In this document: in pieces, positions 53,619-63,444 of the stretch
How the letters are laid out: each line of letters opens with the position of its first letter
How positions within the stretch are numbered: the stretch's first letter is position 1
NCBI GenBank assembly: GCA_018304425.1
Contig: JAGVWE010000003.1
Span: forward strand, 128,001 to 192,000
DNA length: 64,000 nt
Source: Candidatus Iainarchaeum sp.
GTDB taxonomy: Archaea; Iainarchaeota; Iainarchaeia; Iainarchaeales; UBA10219
Direction: 5' to 3'
Notes under the pieces: generated by a model
Seen by the model: only the letters and a program-made list of their open reading frames with translations
The model's database searches: none
What the model was told of the DNA's origin: nothing
Program-made: the position numbers and the translations under genes

Positions 53619-56279
53619 TCAACCGGCTGAAAACGGGTTATAGGCCTGGCAGGCGGACTTATCTGGGCACACCGGGTTTTCACCGGGGCAGTCAAAGCAA
53701 GGCAAAGTCTTTTGCGCCATGAAACAACAGGTGAATTGGTTCATGACCTGGTTGTTGTATGTGTATTTCTGGGTGCCGAACTTTATGTAAGTGCATAGAG
53801 TAGTACACACGGGTGGTTCTTGTTGTGGGACAAAACCGCCGCAAAAGCTTTGAGGGTCTTGGCCCATGGTCTGGCCGCTGCCAATAAACCTACCAATGGA
53901 ACCAAGGCTCTGGCCAAACCGTTGATTGCAGTCAAAGGGCGTGGAATCACAGACATCCCCTAACCTGTCCGCATCCTCGTCCCCTTGGTTAGAGTTAGGC
54001 GTGTGCGGGCAGTTGTCCTGGTCATCGCAGATGCCATCATTGTCCGAGTCAGGGCAACTGGGGGTCTGCGGGCCTTCGTCGACAGGCGGGCCTTCATCGA
54101 CCGGGGGCTGGGTTACAAGTCCTGTGCCAGGTGTTTCGGTAACCAACTGCTGGCAAATGCAGCTGTTGGGGTTACACGTGTATCCAGCAGGGCAAGTCGT
54201 TGTATCACAGTACATCGTCTGCTGGTTATACAAAATACTGCCCCCGCCCCAGCCACAGGGAAGCCTCCTCTTTGGCTCACAGGCACAGGAATTGGGGTTG
54301 CAGGCTAATCCTTCGGGGCAGTCATCCTTACAGACCTCCTTGCCTTGGTTAAAGTACGAGGTATATGTTTCGCCCATCCTGGCTATTATGCCCGAGCATT
54401 TCCGCACAGGCTTTTCAACGATGGTTTTGGGGGTGCAGGTACAACTGCTGGCATTGCACTGATAACCCGGCGGGCAGTCGTCCTTACAGGTCATTCCCGA
54501 GGGACTGAAGGGATTGCGGTCAGTCGCATCCACGTAGGTTGTGTTGGCCGCGCAACTCTTTTCTTCCTTGACCGGCTCACAGACACAGGCCGAATTGCAG
54601 CGCTGGTCTCCTGGACAGTCATCCACGCACTCCTTGCCTGGCGGCAGTCTTGCAATCGTGCCACCGGGTCTATAACCAGTTGTGCGCGTTCTCTCCCTGC
54701 AGGATTCCCCTGGTTTTTTCACGCAGACACAACTCCTTTGGTCGCATTCGGTTCCGTCAGGACAGTTGTCTTCGCAAGCCATTTTCTTGGCGTCAAAGTC
54801 GGAGGCAAAGGTTTCCCCTGGTTTAACGGTTTTTTCAGCGCACTTCCTTGTGGGAGGCTCTTCCTTTTTCTTGCACGTGCAATCATTCAAATTGCAGGTT
54901 TCTTTTGGATCCTTGCATGGCGTTCCCACTTCGCATTGCTCCCAGGGGTCGAGGATTTTGTCCCCACAATAGGGGATATCCCATGGCCACTCCTCACATG
55001 TGCAGTTATTCATGTTGCACATCTGCCAAGGATTGGGACAGGGGTCAAACCACTCGCATTGCTCGGGCGGAGACTGCAGCACACCGTCCCCACAGAATTC
55101 CTCGGGCGGGATTTTTTTGAATCTCCAGAGCTGGAGCGGCGTTACGGCGGGGTTCCTGTCAAAGCCTTCCAGCACTTTTCCGTTCACCGGCTCGGCTTTC
55201 CTCCACTTGCCGTCATAGCGCGAGAAGTAAATCTCGCCGGGAGCGTCTGCATCACTCCACCAAACATCCAAGCCAATGGTGCGCCCAAGAATAAAGGTCA
55301 AAGAATTCCTGAAATCCTTGCCCTTCGTGTCAGCGGCGAGGGCCTTTGCCAGGCCCCCAAAGACATCCACTGCATACCATAAAGCCCCTTTCTTCAGGTA
55401 AACGCTGTACGCCTTGCTTTCCCGGTCGTACGCCAAATCAGGCATCATTTCCTTGTCAACAAGTAGGCTGGGCCCTGATTCCTCTGCCCACATGGCGGCA
55501 TAGACTTGGCCATCGATTGCAGGCCAAACCGCTGCCCCCGGCCCTTTGGAGGCTGCATCAACGCCCGTCCTTTGATCGGTTGGAATCTTGTTATCTATCA
55601 CTGCCTCAGCCAGTTGCCCTGGCACCTCTTTTGCCGGCCGCCATTTTCCTTCCTTGAAATAACTGCCATAGGCTTTTCCGCCGGAACCGTTATCTGCTGT
55701 GAACACTAAACCAAACGCTCCCCAGGGACTCCAGGCAAGCTCTGGGAGGCTAACCTTTTTTAGGCCTGCTCCCCTCCAAAGGGGTTCGGCTTTCCCGCCA
55801 AGCACAGCGTACATGAGTTCACTGGAACCATCCTCATTCAAGTGTACCCAAACAATTAGCACAGAATCGGGGCCCACTGCAACGGTTGGATCCAAGTCGT
55901 TGCCTGGCAACGCTGCCAAAGAGGTGGGCGCAGCCCATTTCCTGGACTTCCATTCAGAAAAATAAATGTCAAAGTCCCCGGACGGGTTTTTGTGAGACCA
56001 AACCGTTACCGCATAATTATCCTTGGATGAAACATCTGGGTCATGGTCTTCGCCGGACAGAAGGGCAACCGGTGCACTCCTCCCCCCGCCTGGCACAAAC
56101 CAGGCAACCCTTTGGTCGTCGTACAAGGAATACCAGATGTCCCAGTCTTTTCCCTTGTGCTGCCAGACCACGAGGGCATCAACGGCTTCCTTGGAGGCAG
56201 TCACAAGCCCGGTACTGCAGCCAGCCAAAAGAATCAGCAAAACTAGGAAAGCAACCACTAAAACAGGCTGGCCCCTCAC
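53619..56279 (-). CDS. Giant Cys-rich lipoprotein: propeller-like N-domain, Cys repeats, TSP3-like Ca-binding repeat, shared C-terminal Cys domain
   Basis: LAGC; two CGDxxLxxxEQCE repeats; five CxxxCPxxxxCxxxxCxC repeats; DSDNDGICDDQDNCP. Confidence 0.82.
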   Translation of the reverse strand: MRGQPVLVVAFLVLLILLAGCSTGLVTASKEAVDALVVWQHKGKDWDIWYSLYDDQRVAWFVPGGGRSAPVALLSGEDHDPDVSSKDNYAVTVWSHKNPSGDFDIYFSEWKSRKWAAPTSLAALPGNDLDPTVAVGPDSVLIVWVHLNEDGSSELMYAVLGGKAEPLWRGAGLKKVSLPELAWSPWGAFGLVFTADNGSGGKAYGSYFKEGKWRPAKEVPGQLAEAVIDNKIPTDQRTGVDAASKGPGAAVWPAIDGQVYAAMWAEESGPSLLVDKEMMPDLAYDRESKAYSVYLKKGALWYAVDVFGGLAKALAADTKGKDFRNSLTFILGRTIGLDVWWSDADAPGEIYFSRYDGKWRKAEPVNGKVLEGFDRNPAVTPLQLWRFKKIPPEEFCGDGVLQSPPEQCEWFDPCPNPWQMCNMNNCTCEEWPWDIPYCGDKILDPWEQCEVGTPCKDPKETCNLNDCTCKKKEEPPTRKCAEKTVKPGETFASDFDAKKMACEDNCPDGTECDQRSCVCVKKPGESCRERTRTTGYRPGGTIARLPPGKECVDDCPGDQRCNSACVCEPVKEEKSCAANTTYVDATDRNPFSPSGMTCKDDCPPGYQCNASSCTCTPKTIVEKPVRKCSGIIARMGETYTSYFNQGKEVCKDDCPEGLACNPNSCACEPKRRLPCGWGGGSILYNQQTMYCDTTTCPAGYTCNPNSCICQQLVTETPGTGLVTQPPVDEGPPVDEGPQTPSCPDSDNDGICDDQDNCPHTPNSNQGDEDADRLGDVCDSTPFDCNQRFGQSLGSIGRFIGSGQTMGQDPQSFCGGFVPQQEPPVCTTLCTYIKFGTQKYTYNNQVMNQFTCCFMAQKTLPCFDCPGENPVCPDKSACQAYNPFSAG

Positions 56280-56343
56280 CCTCGCATCCCCTTAAAATAA
56301 ATCTCCCCCAGAAATGCATTAAAAGCCCTCGCATTGGGAGCAG

Positions 56344-56688
56344 CTATTTAAAGGCCGTTGTTTGCTGCAAGGCATCGATTTTGGCCGCCAACACGAAGTC
56401 GTTTTCGCTCAAGCCCCCGATGGCGTGGGAGGACAAGCGCAGCGTCAAGCGGTTCCACTTGACTTCCATGTCCGGGTGGTGGCCCTCGCTTTCCGCGAGT
56501 TCAGCCACTTTGTTCACGAACGCCATGTTTTCCTTGAAGTCCTTGAACTTGAATGCCCGCGAAATGGATTTCGCGTCCGGGCCCAGGTCCCAGGTGCCAA
56601 GCTCGGCGTGGTAAAACCGTGCCTGGGCTTCCGTGAACGGCTTTACGCCGCCCTCACAGGGTTTGCAGCGTTTGGAGGCAAGGTCCAT
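56344..56688 (-). CDS. Pterin-4-alpha-carbinolamine dehydratase
   Basis: CKPCEGG; FKDF...FVN.VA.LAE.EGHHPD; SH...GLSENDF.LAAKID. Confidence 0.92.
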   Translation of the reverse strand: MDLASKRCKPCEGGVKPFTEAQARFYHAELGTWDLGPDAKSISRAFKFKDFKENMAFVNKVAELAESEGHHPDMEVKWNRLTLRLSSHAIGGLSENDFVLAAKIDALQQTTAFK

Positions 56689-56757
56689 GCCTACAATAAG
56701 GCTTAAATAATAGAAAAACCTATTGATTGCCTACTTTGAGGGGTATGGGTTAGCTCA

Positions 56758-59322
56758 ATGGCTTGGACAGACCTGTTCGCGGAAATCAAGGCACACCCCA
56801 AGCGGTTCCTGGCCGCCTTCCTGGTCGGCATGGTTCCAGTCCTGAACCTGTTGTCCTGGGGCTACGCCCACCGCGTCCTCCAGGAAACCAGCCGCCAACG
56901 AAAACCCACCCTGCCCGCCTTCGAACCCTCGGTGGAACTGTGGCTAACGGGCCTGAAAGTGGGCCTGCTGCTTTTCCTCTACAACCTCGTGCCGGGCCTC
57001 CTCCAATTCGTGCTCGCCGTACTCGCCGCCTGGATTAACTCCCCGCTTGCCGCTTTGCTCGTCCTGCTGGTGTCCATCGTCCTGAGCTTTGCCGCCATGA
57101 TGGTTTTCTTCATTGCCTGGAAACGGTTTGCCGCCACCGACTCGTTCAAGCAGGGCCTGCGCTGGCAGTCCTTCCTGTCCGAGGCCCTTGAAAGGGGTTT
57201 CCTCTGGTTGTCCGTCAAGCTCACGGTGTTCGCGGTCCTGGTGCTGGTCGTGGCAAGAATGCTGGGCCTCTTCGGCTTGCTTCCCCTGGCCGGCCTGTTC
57301 CTCTTCCTGCTCGTGGCCGCCATGGCCCTGGGCTTGCGCCAAAAAATGTCGTTCGAAAAAATCTCGATTCCCACGCCCCCCAAACGGGGCGGCCCCGGCC
57401 AGAAGGGCCTCGGCCAACCCGGCCTCGGCCGGAAAGGCCTGCTGGTGCTGGGCCTCGTGCTCCTGTTAGTCGGCGAATTCGCCTTCGTGGGCAGCCACAT
57501 GGAACCCATTCAATCCCAGACCCAGAAGAAAATCGGCGTAGAATTGTGGAGCGTGAAGCTGATAGCGCCCTCGTTCTGGCAGTGGCTCTGGCTGTCCGAA
57601 GAAGAACTCAGCCTTACCACGCGGGTCAATGAAACCCAGCACGACCACGGCTGGCAGTCCAACGCCTTTCAGCTCGACAAAAGCGCGAACGCGAGCTGGG
57701 ACCCACTTGGCACCAGCGGCTACTTCAGTTTTTCAAAACCAAAACCCCCGATTTACTCCCACCTCCAATGCCACTACCTGGATGACCCGACCGATGGCTG
57801 CTTTGAAGTCAAGAATTCCAGCATCGGCATCACCTGGAAGTTCATGCAAAAACTGTTCGAACTCTTGGCCGGGCAAATCCTGAAAACCCTAACTGGCCAA
57901 ATCACGCCCGGCGGCATCGCCATCGACTTCCTGGTTGGGCTGGTCACCGACCAAATCAGCGGCTTCCTGGGCCTGGACGCTGGCATCCTGGATGGCTTGA
58001 CGGGCGCAGGCAAGTCCAGTGCCGGCTCGGTGCAAGCCGCAGGCACTTCGGAAGCCATCAACGCGGGCATGGAGGCCCTTGGCAAGGCCACGGAAGAAGG
58101 CGCGGGCATGCTGGGCCAGTCGCGGCTCGGAAAAGCCGTCACCTCCGCCCTCGAAAAACAGTTCGGAAAGGGCACGGGCGGAAAAATCGGCTTGAACATC
58201 ACCCTCGGTGCCTTGACCGACATCCTCGTCAAAATCATTTCCGAACTCATCTTTGGCTTGATTCCCAAGACCACCACGGTGCTGGCCAGCGGCTGTGCGA
58301 ACCTCGCAACCGAAAGCAAGGTCGGGCTCTCAGGGGACTACACGGGCTATGTGCTTACACTGGCTCGCGAAGAGACCACGGACATCCAATGTGAGGAAAA
58401 AATCGTTCCGCCCACGACCGGCACCATCTACATCCCCCCGGATGGCACGGGCAAGACCGGGGGAGACCCCTGGCGGGAGCCTCCACCCATTCCCCCGCCG
58501 GAGCCGCCGCCTGTCACGCCCCTGCCGCCCACGACACCGGGAACCCCTGGCGGGGCCAAGAAATGCACCAGTGAAAAGGACTGCTATGACCTCGACCAAT
58601 ACTATTGTTCGGGGCTGGTCGCGCACGCCGACATGGGCCAGTGCATCAAAGGCGAGTGCCGCGTCCTCAAGCAGTCCAGGGACTGCGACGACAAAAAGGA
58701 CTCCACCGAAGACCTGTGCGAGGCCTCGAAGACCGACGTGAAATGCATCAACCGGCCCAGGTGCGGCAACGGCAAGCAGGACTCCGGGGAAAACTGCTCG
58801 AATTGCTCGAAGGACGTGAAGTGCGCGGCCGGGCAATACTGCGAGGCCGGCGTCTGCAAGGAGCCGCCCTGCAAGGACCACGGCGGGGACACGGACGGGG
58901 ACGGCACCTGCGACGACGTGGACAACTGCAAGGACATTCCCAACGACCAGCGCGACCTGGACGGGGACGGCACGGGCGATGTATGCGACGAGGCCCCCAT
59001 CGACTGCGGGGGATGGGCAGCGGAAAACGGCCACGAAAGCTTTTCCAGCGGCTGGACTTCCCCCGGCACCGAGGAAGCCGCCAAAGACTTCTGCATCCGC
59101 AAGATGTGGGAAGGCGTGGACAAGCCGGTTTGCTATACGACGTGCCTCAAGGTGTTCATCAACGCCTACATGACGCCCAACAACGTATTCACCTGCTGTG
59201 CCCGCTACGTGACCAGGATTGCCTGCGACGACTGCCCGGGCCAGCACCCCAACTGCCATCCCTGCGGCGAAGACTATGACAGCTGGATTGGCGGCGGGCC
59301 CGTTGTAGAAGGCGGGTCCTAG
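56758..59322 (+). CDS. DUF4013-like multi-TM domain fused to a large extracellular Gly-rich/Cys-rich region
   Basis: P..NLLSWGY..RVL TM block; Gly/Ala-rich amphipathic region; Pro linker; CGNG...ENC.NC; DxDGDG TSP3-like repeat. Confidence 0.8.
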   Translation: MAWTDLFAEIKAHPKRFLAAFLVGMVPVLNLLSWGYAHRVLQETSRQRKPTLPAFEPSVELWLTGLKVGLLLFLYNLVPGLLQFVLAVLAAWINSPLAALLVLLVSIVLSFAAMMVFFIAWKRFAATDSFKQGLRWQSFLSEALERGFLWLSVKLTVFAVLVLVVARMLGLFGLLPLAGLFLFLLVAAMALGLRQKMSFEKISIPTPPKRGGPGQKGLGQPGLGRKGLLVLGLVLLLVGEFAFVGSHMEPIQSQTQKKIGVELWSVKLIAPSFWQWLWLSEEELSLTTRVNETQHDHGWQSNAFQLDKSANASWDPLGTSGYFSFSKPKPPIYSHLQCHYLDDPTDGCFEVKNSSIGITWKFMQKLFELLAGQILKTLTGQITPGGIAIDFLVGLVTDQISGFLGLDAGILDGLTGAGKSSAGSVQAAGTSEAINAGMEALGKATEEGAGMLGQSRLGKAVTSALEKQFGKGTGGKIGLNITLGALTDILVKIISELIFGLIPKTTTVLASGCANLATESKVGLSGDYTGYVLTLAREETTDIQCEEKIVPPTTGTIYIPPDGTGKTGGDPWREPPPIPPPEPPPVTPLPPTTPGTPGGAKKCTSEKDCYDLDQYYCSGLVAHADMGQCIKGECRVLKQSRDCDDKKDSTEDLCEASKTDVKCINRPRCGNGKQDSGENCSNCSKDVKCAAGQYCEAGVCKEPPCKDHGGDTDGDGTCDDVDNCKDIPNDQRDLDGDGTGDVCDEAPIDCGGWAAENGHESFSSGWTSPGTEEAAKDFCIRKMWEGVDKPVCYTTCLKVFINAYMTPNNVFTCCARYVTRIACDDCPGQHPNCHPCGEDYDSWIGGGPVVEGGS

Positions 59323-59345
59323 TTGCTCGTGCCCAACTGATATCC

Positions 59346-61865
59346 ATGGGACTCAATGAAATCATGGGGGAAATCCAGCGGCACCCCAAACGGTTCCTCG
59401 CGGCCTTGGCTGCCAGCCTCTTTCCGCTGACGGGCTTGTTTTCGGCCGGTTATTTGACGGCCGTGCTCCGGGAAACCAGCAAAAACGGGAAACCGTTGTT
59501 GCCACCCATTCATGCGCCCACACGGCTTTTCATGGACGGTGTAAAGGTCGGGACCCTGTTTTTCCTCTACAACCTCCCCACCAGCGTAGTGGGCGCCTTC
59601 CTGGGGCTGGCGGCCGCAACCGTCGGCGGTGCTTTGCCGTGGCTTGCGGCAGCGGTTTACCTTGCCCTTGGCTTCGCTTCCCTGGCCCTCTTTTTTGTTG
59701 CCTGGAAGGAATTCGCGTTGACGGGCTCCCTGCGGAACGCGCTTCGCTGGCGAGAAAAAATTCCGGCGGCATTCGAAAAGACGTTCCTGGTCAGCTACCT
59801 TAAACTCTGCGGGTTCGGAATCCTGGTGTTGGCCATTGCCCGGCTGATGGGCTTCTACGGCATCCCCTATTCGGCCGGCATGTTCCTGTTCCTCCTCACC
59901 GCAGCTTGCTCCCTTGGAACCAAAAACCAAGGGCCCTCGCCGAATGCGCCACCGGCCCAAACAGCCGGAAAAGCGCGGAATCCCGGAAAACTGGTGCCCC
60001 TGCTTCTGGTGTTGCTGCTGTTTTCATCGGCGGCTGCGCAGGCCCCCCTTATCGCGCCCAGCGAGTTCAAGTACGTCAAGAACGTGACCGTGTACATCAG
60101 AAACGCGGATATCACCGCCAGGAATTCGTGGTACTATTATTGGCTGGAGGACAAGGAACTCGCCATTGAGTCAGAGGCGACGGAAGGTAAGGACAAGAGC
60201 ATGAACGCTTCCGTCGGCCTAGAGAATGCAATCCATTCCAATTGGGATTACTGGAGCCTGACAGGCCAATTCACGTTCCGCGAGCAGCCTGGAAAAATAT
60301 ACGCCTATTCCAAATGCAGTGAATTCAAGCCAGCCCTGCGCGGCTGCTTCAAGCTGGTCGAAACCAGCGCGGGAAGGGGCACGAAGTTCGCGCAAAAATT
60401 GTATGAGTTCACGGCCTCCAACGCCGCCAAACTCCTCACCGGCCAGTACACGCCAGCAGGCTTTGCGCTGGACATGGTAGTCGACCAATTGGTTGGCCTC
60501 CTCATCGGGCAGATAGACCGGCTCACGGGCATCAGCGCCATCGAAGAGCCAGGGGTCTTCGACCAGGCCGGCATCGCCACCGAAGGAGGGGTAGTGAGCG
60601 GCGGCGCAGGCAAGGCAGCCGACATCTTCCGCGCAGGCACGCGGTTCGAGGTGGGGGACACGAAAATCTCTGATTGGGTGAAGGGAAAGCTCCACACCGA
60701 ACTCGGAAAGTTCGCCGGCGACGTCTCGATGAGCGTGGTCACCGACCTCGTCGTGAGCCTCACCTCAAAAGCCATATTCGAGTGGTGGATTGAAAAACAG
60801 TCCACGGTGCTGGCAAGCGGTTGTAGCCCCATCAACCTGGAGCCCGAGCAACCGCTTGGAAACTATGAAATAACGCTCACGGACCCTTCGGGGGAGTCAA
60901 AGTATTCCGCTACGCTCGTCGTCGGCCCCATTGAAAAGGACACGGCCCAGGAATGCTTGCAGCCAAGGGACCTCATCAAGGCAGACAACGCTGGCAACGC
61001 TCCCGCGGACGCGCCAACACCCGACGCCAAAGGCGGGAAACCGCCTGCGCCTGGCAAACCCCCGGAGCCAGGGGACGACAAAAAGGGCCATCCCTATACC
61101 GTGGACGAACCTGAATGCAGGTCGGATGCCGAGTGCGGGCACCTTTCCGGCGCGCGCTGCAACGGCCCCATGGTGGTCAACGAGAAAGGCATCTGCATTG
61201 GAGGAAGGTGCGTGAAGGGCGAGGGAAAATCAGTGGTCTGCGATGACCGGGACAGTAGCACCGATGACTCCTGTGAGGAAGGCGGGGCCGGGGGAGCGCA
61301 CTGTGTTTTCACGCCCAAGTGCGGGAACGGCAAAAAAGACTCGCGAGAGAACTGCAGCAACTGTCCAGCTGATGTCCCATGCCCTCCTGGCACGCAATGC
61401 CAGAACAAGGTCTGCGAGAAAATCGACCCCTGCAAGGACAAGGGCGGCGATTCCGACAATGATGGAATATGCAATGACCAGGACAACTGCGACAACGCGC
61501 CGAACCCGGACCAAGTGGATGCGGACGGAGACGGGAAAGGCGATGCCTGTGACACGAGCCCAATCGACTGCGGGAAATGGGCGGACGGCGTTGGCGGCTC
61601 TGGATACAGCAGCGGCTTTGTCTCACCCGGCACCGAGCAGGCCGCCAAAGACTTCTGCGGGGAAAGCATGTGGAACGGCGTCGAGAAACCGGTGTGTTAC
61701 ACCACTTGCCTCAAGGTGGAAGTGAAAATGTACCACACGGCCAACGGCATGTACGTTTGCTGCTCCCGTACCAGCAGCTACCTGCAGTGCACGGACTGCC
61801 CAGGTGAATCCCCAGCCTGCCCCAGTTGCGGGCCCGGATACTCGCAGAGCGCACCCGCCAATTAA
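59346..61865 (+). CDS. Tandem paralogue of 56758-59322
   Basis: Same architecture and collinear motifs (EI..HPKRFLAA, LIAPS, LTGQ.TP.G.A.D, TVLASGC, SPGTE.AAKDFC, KPVCYTTCLKV). Confidence 0.8.
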   Translation: MGLNEIMGEIQRHPKRFLAALAASLFPLTGLFSAGYLTAVLRETSKNGKPLLPPIHAPTRLFMDGVKVGTLFFLYNLPTSVVGAFLGLAAATVGGALPWLAAAVYLALGFASLALFFVAWKEFALTGSLRNALRWREKIPAAFEKTFLVSYLKLCGFGILVLAIARLMGFYGIPYSAGMFLFLLTAACSLGTKNQGPSPNAPPAQTAGKARNPGKLVPLLLVLLLFSSAAAQAPLIAPSEFKYVKNVTVYIRNADITARNSWYYYWLEDKELAIESEATEGKDKSMNASVGLENAIHSNWDYWSLTGQFTFREQPGKIYAYSKCSEFKPALRGCFKLVETSAGRGTKFAQKLYEFTASNAAKLLTGQYTPAGFALDMVVDQLVGLLIGQIDRLTGISAIEEPGVFDQAGIATEGGVVSGGAGKAADIFRAGTRFEVGDTKISDWVKGKLHTELGKFAGDVSMSVVTDLVVSLTSKAIFEWWIEKQSTVLASGCSPINLEPEQPLGNYEITLTDPSGESKYSATLVVGPIEKDTAQECLQPRDLIKADNAGNAPADAPTPDAKGGKPPAPGKPPEPGDDKKGHPYTVDEPECRSDAECGHLSGARCNGPMVVNEKGICIGGRCVKGEGKSVVCDDRDSSTDDSCEEGGAGGAHCVFTPKCGNGKKDSRENCSNCPADVPCPPGTQCQNKVCEKIDPCKDKGGDSDNDGICNDQDNCDNAPNPDQVDADGDGKGDACDTSPIDCGKWADGVGGSGYSSGFVSPGTEQAAKDFCGESMWNGVEKPVCYTTCLKVEVKMYHTANGMYVCCSRTSSYLQCTDCPGESPACPSCGPGYSQSAPAN

Positions 61866-62911
61866 TACGGCCAGGACCTTCCCAGCATCCGCGCATAGTT
61901 CCTGGGCTTGCGCTTCTTCCAGTCCCCCTTGTGGTAGAGGTAGCTGGCGATGAGTGGAACAACGGTTGTGGCTTCGGCGTACACCATTTGTTCGTAGACC
62001 GTGTCCACCTTGCCCCAGGAACTGGCTTCCTTGAGGGTGGAACTCGAGCAGGCGCCGTCGCGGACGTCGGCCACCGTTATTTGCACCGCGTACTTGTGGG
62101 GGGGCACGTCGTGGCCGAGGACTTCCGCGCAAACCACGGTGTCTTGCGCGAAGTTCTTGGGAACGCCGCCCCCAACCATGAAGAGCCCGGAAACCGGCGA
62201 AGCCATCTTCAGCCGGGTCAGCTCGTGGAAGTCCTTGACCGAGTCAATGGACAGGTAGGGCTTGCGCTTCTCCATGCGCCGCACCTGGTGCATGACCAGG
62301 CCAAAGCCCGCGCTCGAGTCCGTGAACGCCGGGCAGAAGATGGGCACCTTCTTCTTGTACGCGATTTCGACCAGGGAGCTGTGTTTTTTGGCGTGCTTGG
62401 AGGCCCATTTCCCCATCTCCCAAATGAATTCCCTTGAACTGTAGGGCCGCGGCTCCAGGTAGTCGGCTATCTTGCCCACGGTCTTGTCGCAGTGCTGGAG
62501 TTCCTCTTCGTCGATGAAAGTATCGTAAATGCGGTCGATGTAGTTCCGGCGCAGCATCTTGTCGTCGACGTTGACTCTTCCCTTGTAGTGGCTGTAGCCA
62601 AGGGCTTCCAGGAAATCCATGTCCACGATGCTGGCCCCGGTTGCCACAACCGCGTCCACCATGTTGTGCTTGACGAGGTCATGATAAACTTGCATGCAGC
62701 CGCCCGCGCTGGTGCTGCCCGCCAAGACCAGGGTGATGGCGCAGTCCCGGTCCTTGACCATCATGTCGTAGAGGTCGGCGGCACGCGCGGTGTCCCGCGA
62801 GGAAAACGACATGCCCCTGTAAGAGTTTATGATGGGTCGGGCGTCAAAGGACTTGATGTTGATGTGCCTTATTTTTTCCCTGAGCAACTGGCGTTTTTGC
62901 TTTTTGTTCAT
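61862..62911 (-). CDS. Second deoxyhypusine synthase-family protein (bacterial-like / polyamine synthase type)
   Basis: ATGA, IDRIYDT, FCPAFTDSS.G, GGGVPKNF.QD, RDGACSSSTLKEASSWGK. Confidence 0.88.
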   Translation of the reverse strand: MNKKQKRQLLREKIRHINIKSFDARPIINSYRGMSFSSRDTARAADLYDMMVKDRDCAITLVLAGSTSAGGCMQVYHDLVKHNMVDAVVATGASIVDMDFLEALGYSHYKGRVNVDDKMLRRNYIDRIYDTFIDEEELQHCDKTVGKIADYLEPRPYSSREFIWEMGKWASKHAKKHSSLVEIAYKKKVPIFCPAFTDSSAGFGLVMHQVRRMEKRKPYLSIDSVKDFHELTRLKMASPVSGLFMVGGGVPKNFAQDTVVCAEVLGHDVPPHKYAVQITVADVRDGACSSSTLKEASSWGKVDTVYEQMVYAEATTVVPLIASYLYHKGDWKKRKPRNYARMLGRSWPY

Positions 62912-62954
62912 GGCACGGAGAAGGAACTAAAACCATAAAAAGGTATCCTGTGCC

Positions 62955-63392
62955 TCATTCGCCCAAGAATTTCTTGCGCGCTTCGTACGAGAAAATGACG
63001 GGCACGAAGTAGGTTACGTCCGCCAACAGGGTGCCGGCCGCAATGGCCAGGGCGTAGTCCGCGATGACCAGGGGGAGCGCCGCCAAATAGAAGGGGCGGA
63101 TGAGGAAGCTGTCCAGGTACTCGCCGGGGCCGAACTCCAGCACCAGGTTCCGCAAGGCCAAGGCGTACGCCTTCCACCCAAACCGCTGGTGCCGGCGCTG
63201 GCGCGCGAGTTCCTACCAGGCCAGGGTACCATAAAAGAAGAAGTTGGTGGCCCAGGTCGTAATGAACGCGGAAACCAGGATGCTGCCGGACAACCCCAAG
63301 GCGGCCTGCGCGGAAAGGAGGGCGGCCACGAAACTGATGACTTCGGCTGGGCCATAGCGTTTCAGCCACTCAACGAGTTTTTCGCGGAACAT
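62955..63392 (-). pseudogene. Small membrane protein gene interrupted by in-frame TAG at 63213-63215
   Basis: MFREKLVEWLKRYGPAEVI...FYGTLAW*ELARQ...NLVLEFGPGEYLDSFLIRP, one frame throughout. Confidence 0.7.
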
Positions 63393-63444
63393 GCATCCAC
63401 CTGGCTCGGAAACGTTTTTATTGACAATTACCGACCATTGGTTG

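Noticed and set aside
53619-61865. Diversity-generating retroelement targets
   Set aside because: No reverse transcriptase and no TR/VR pair differing only at adenines
11781-63215. Genome-wide stop-codon reassignment
   Set aside because: TGA and TAG both terminate many conserved genes at expected positions; only isolated internal stops seen
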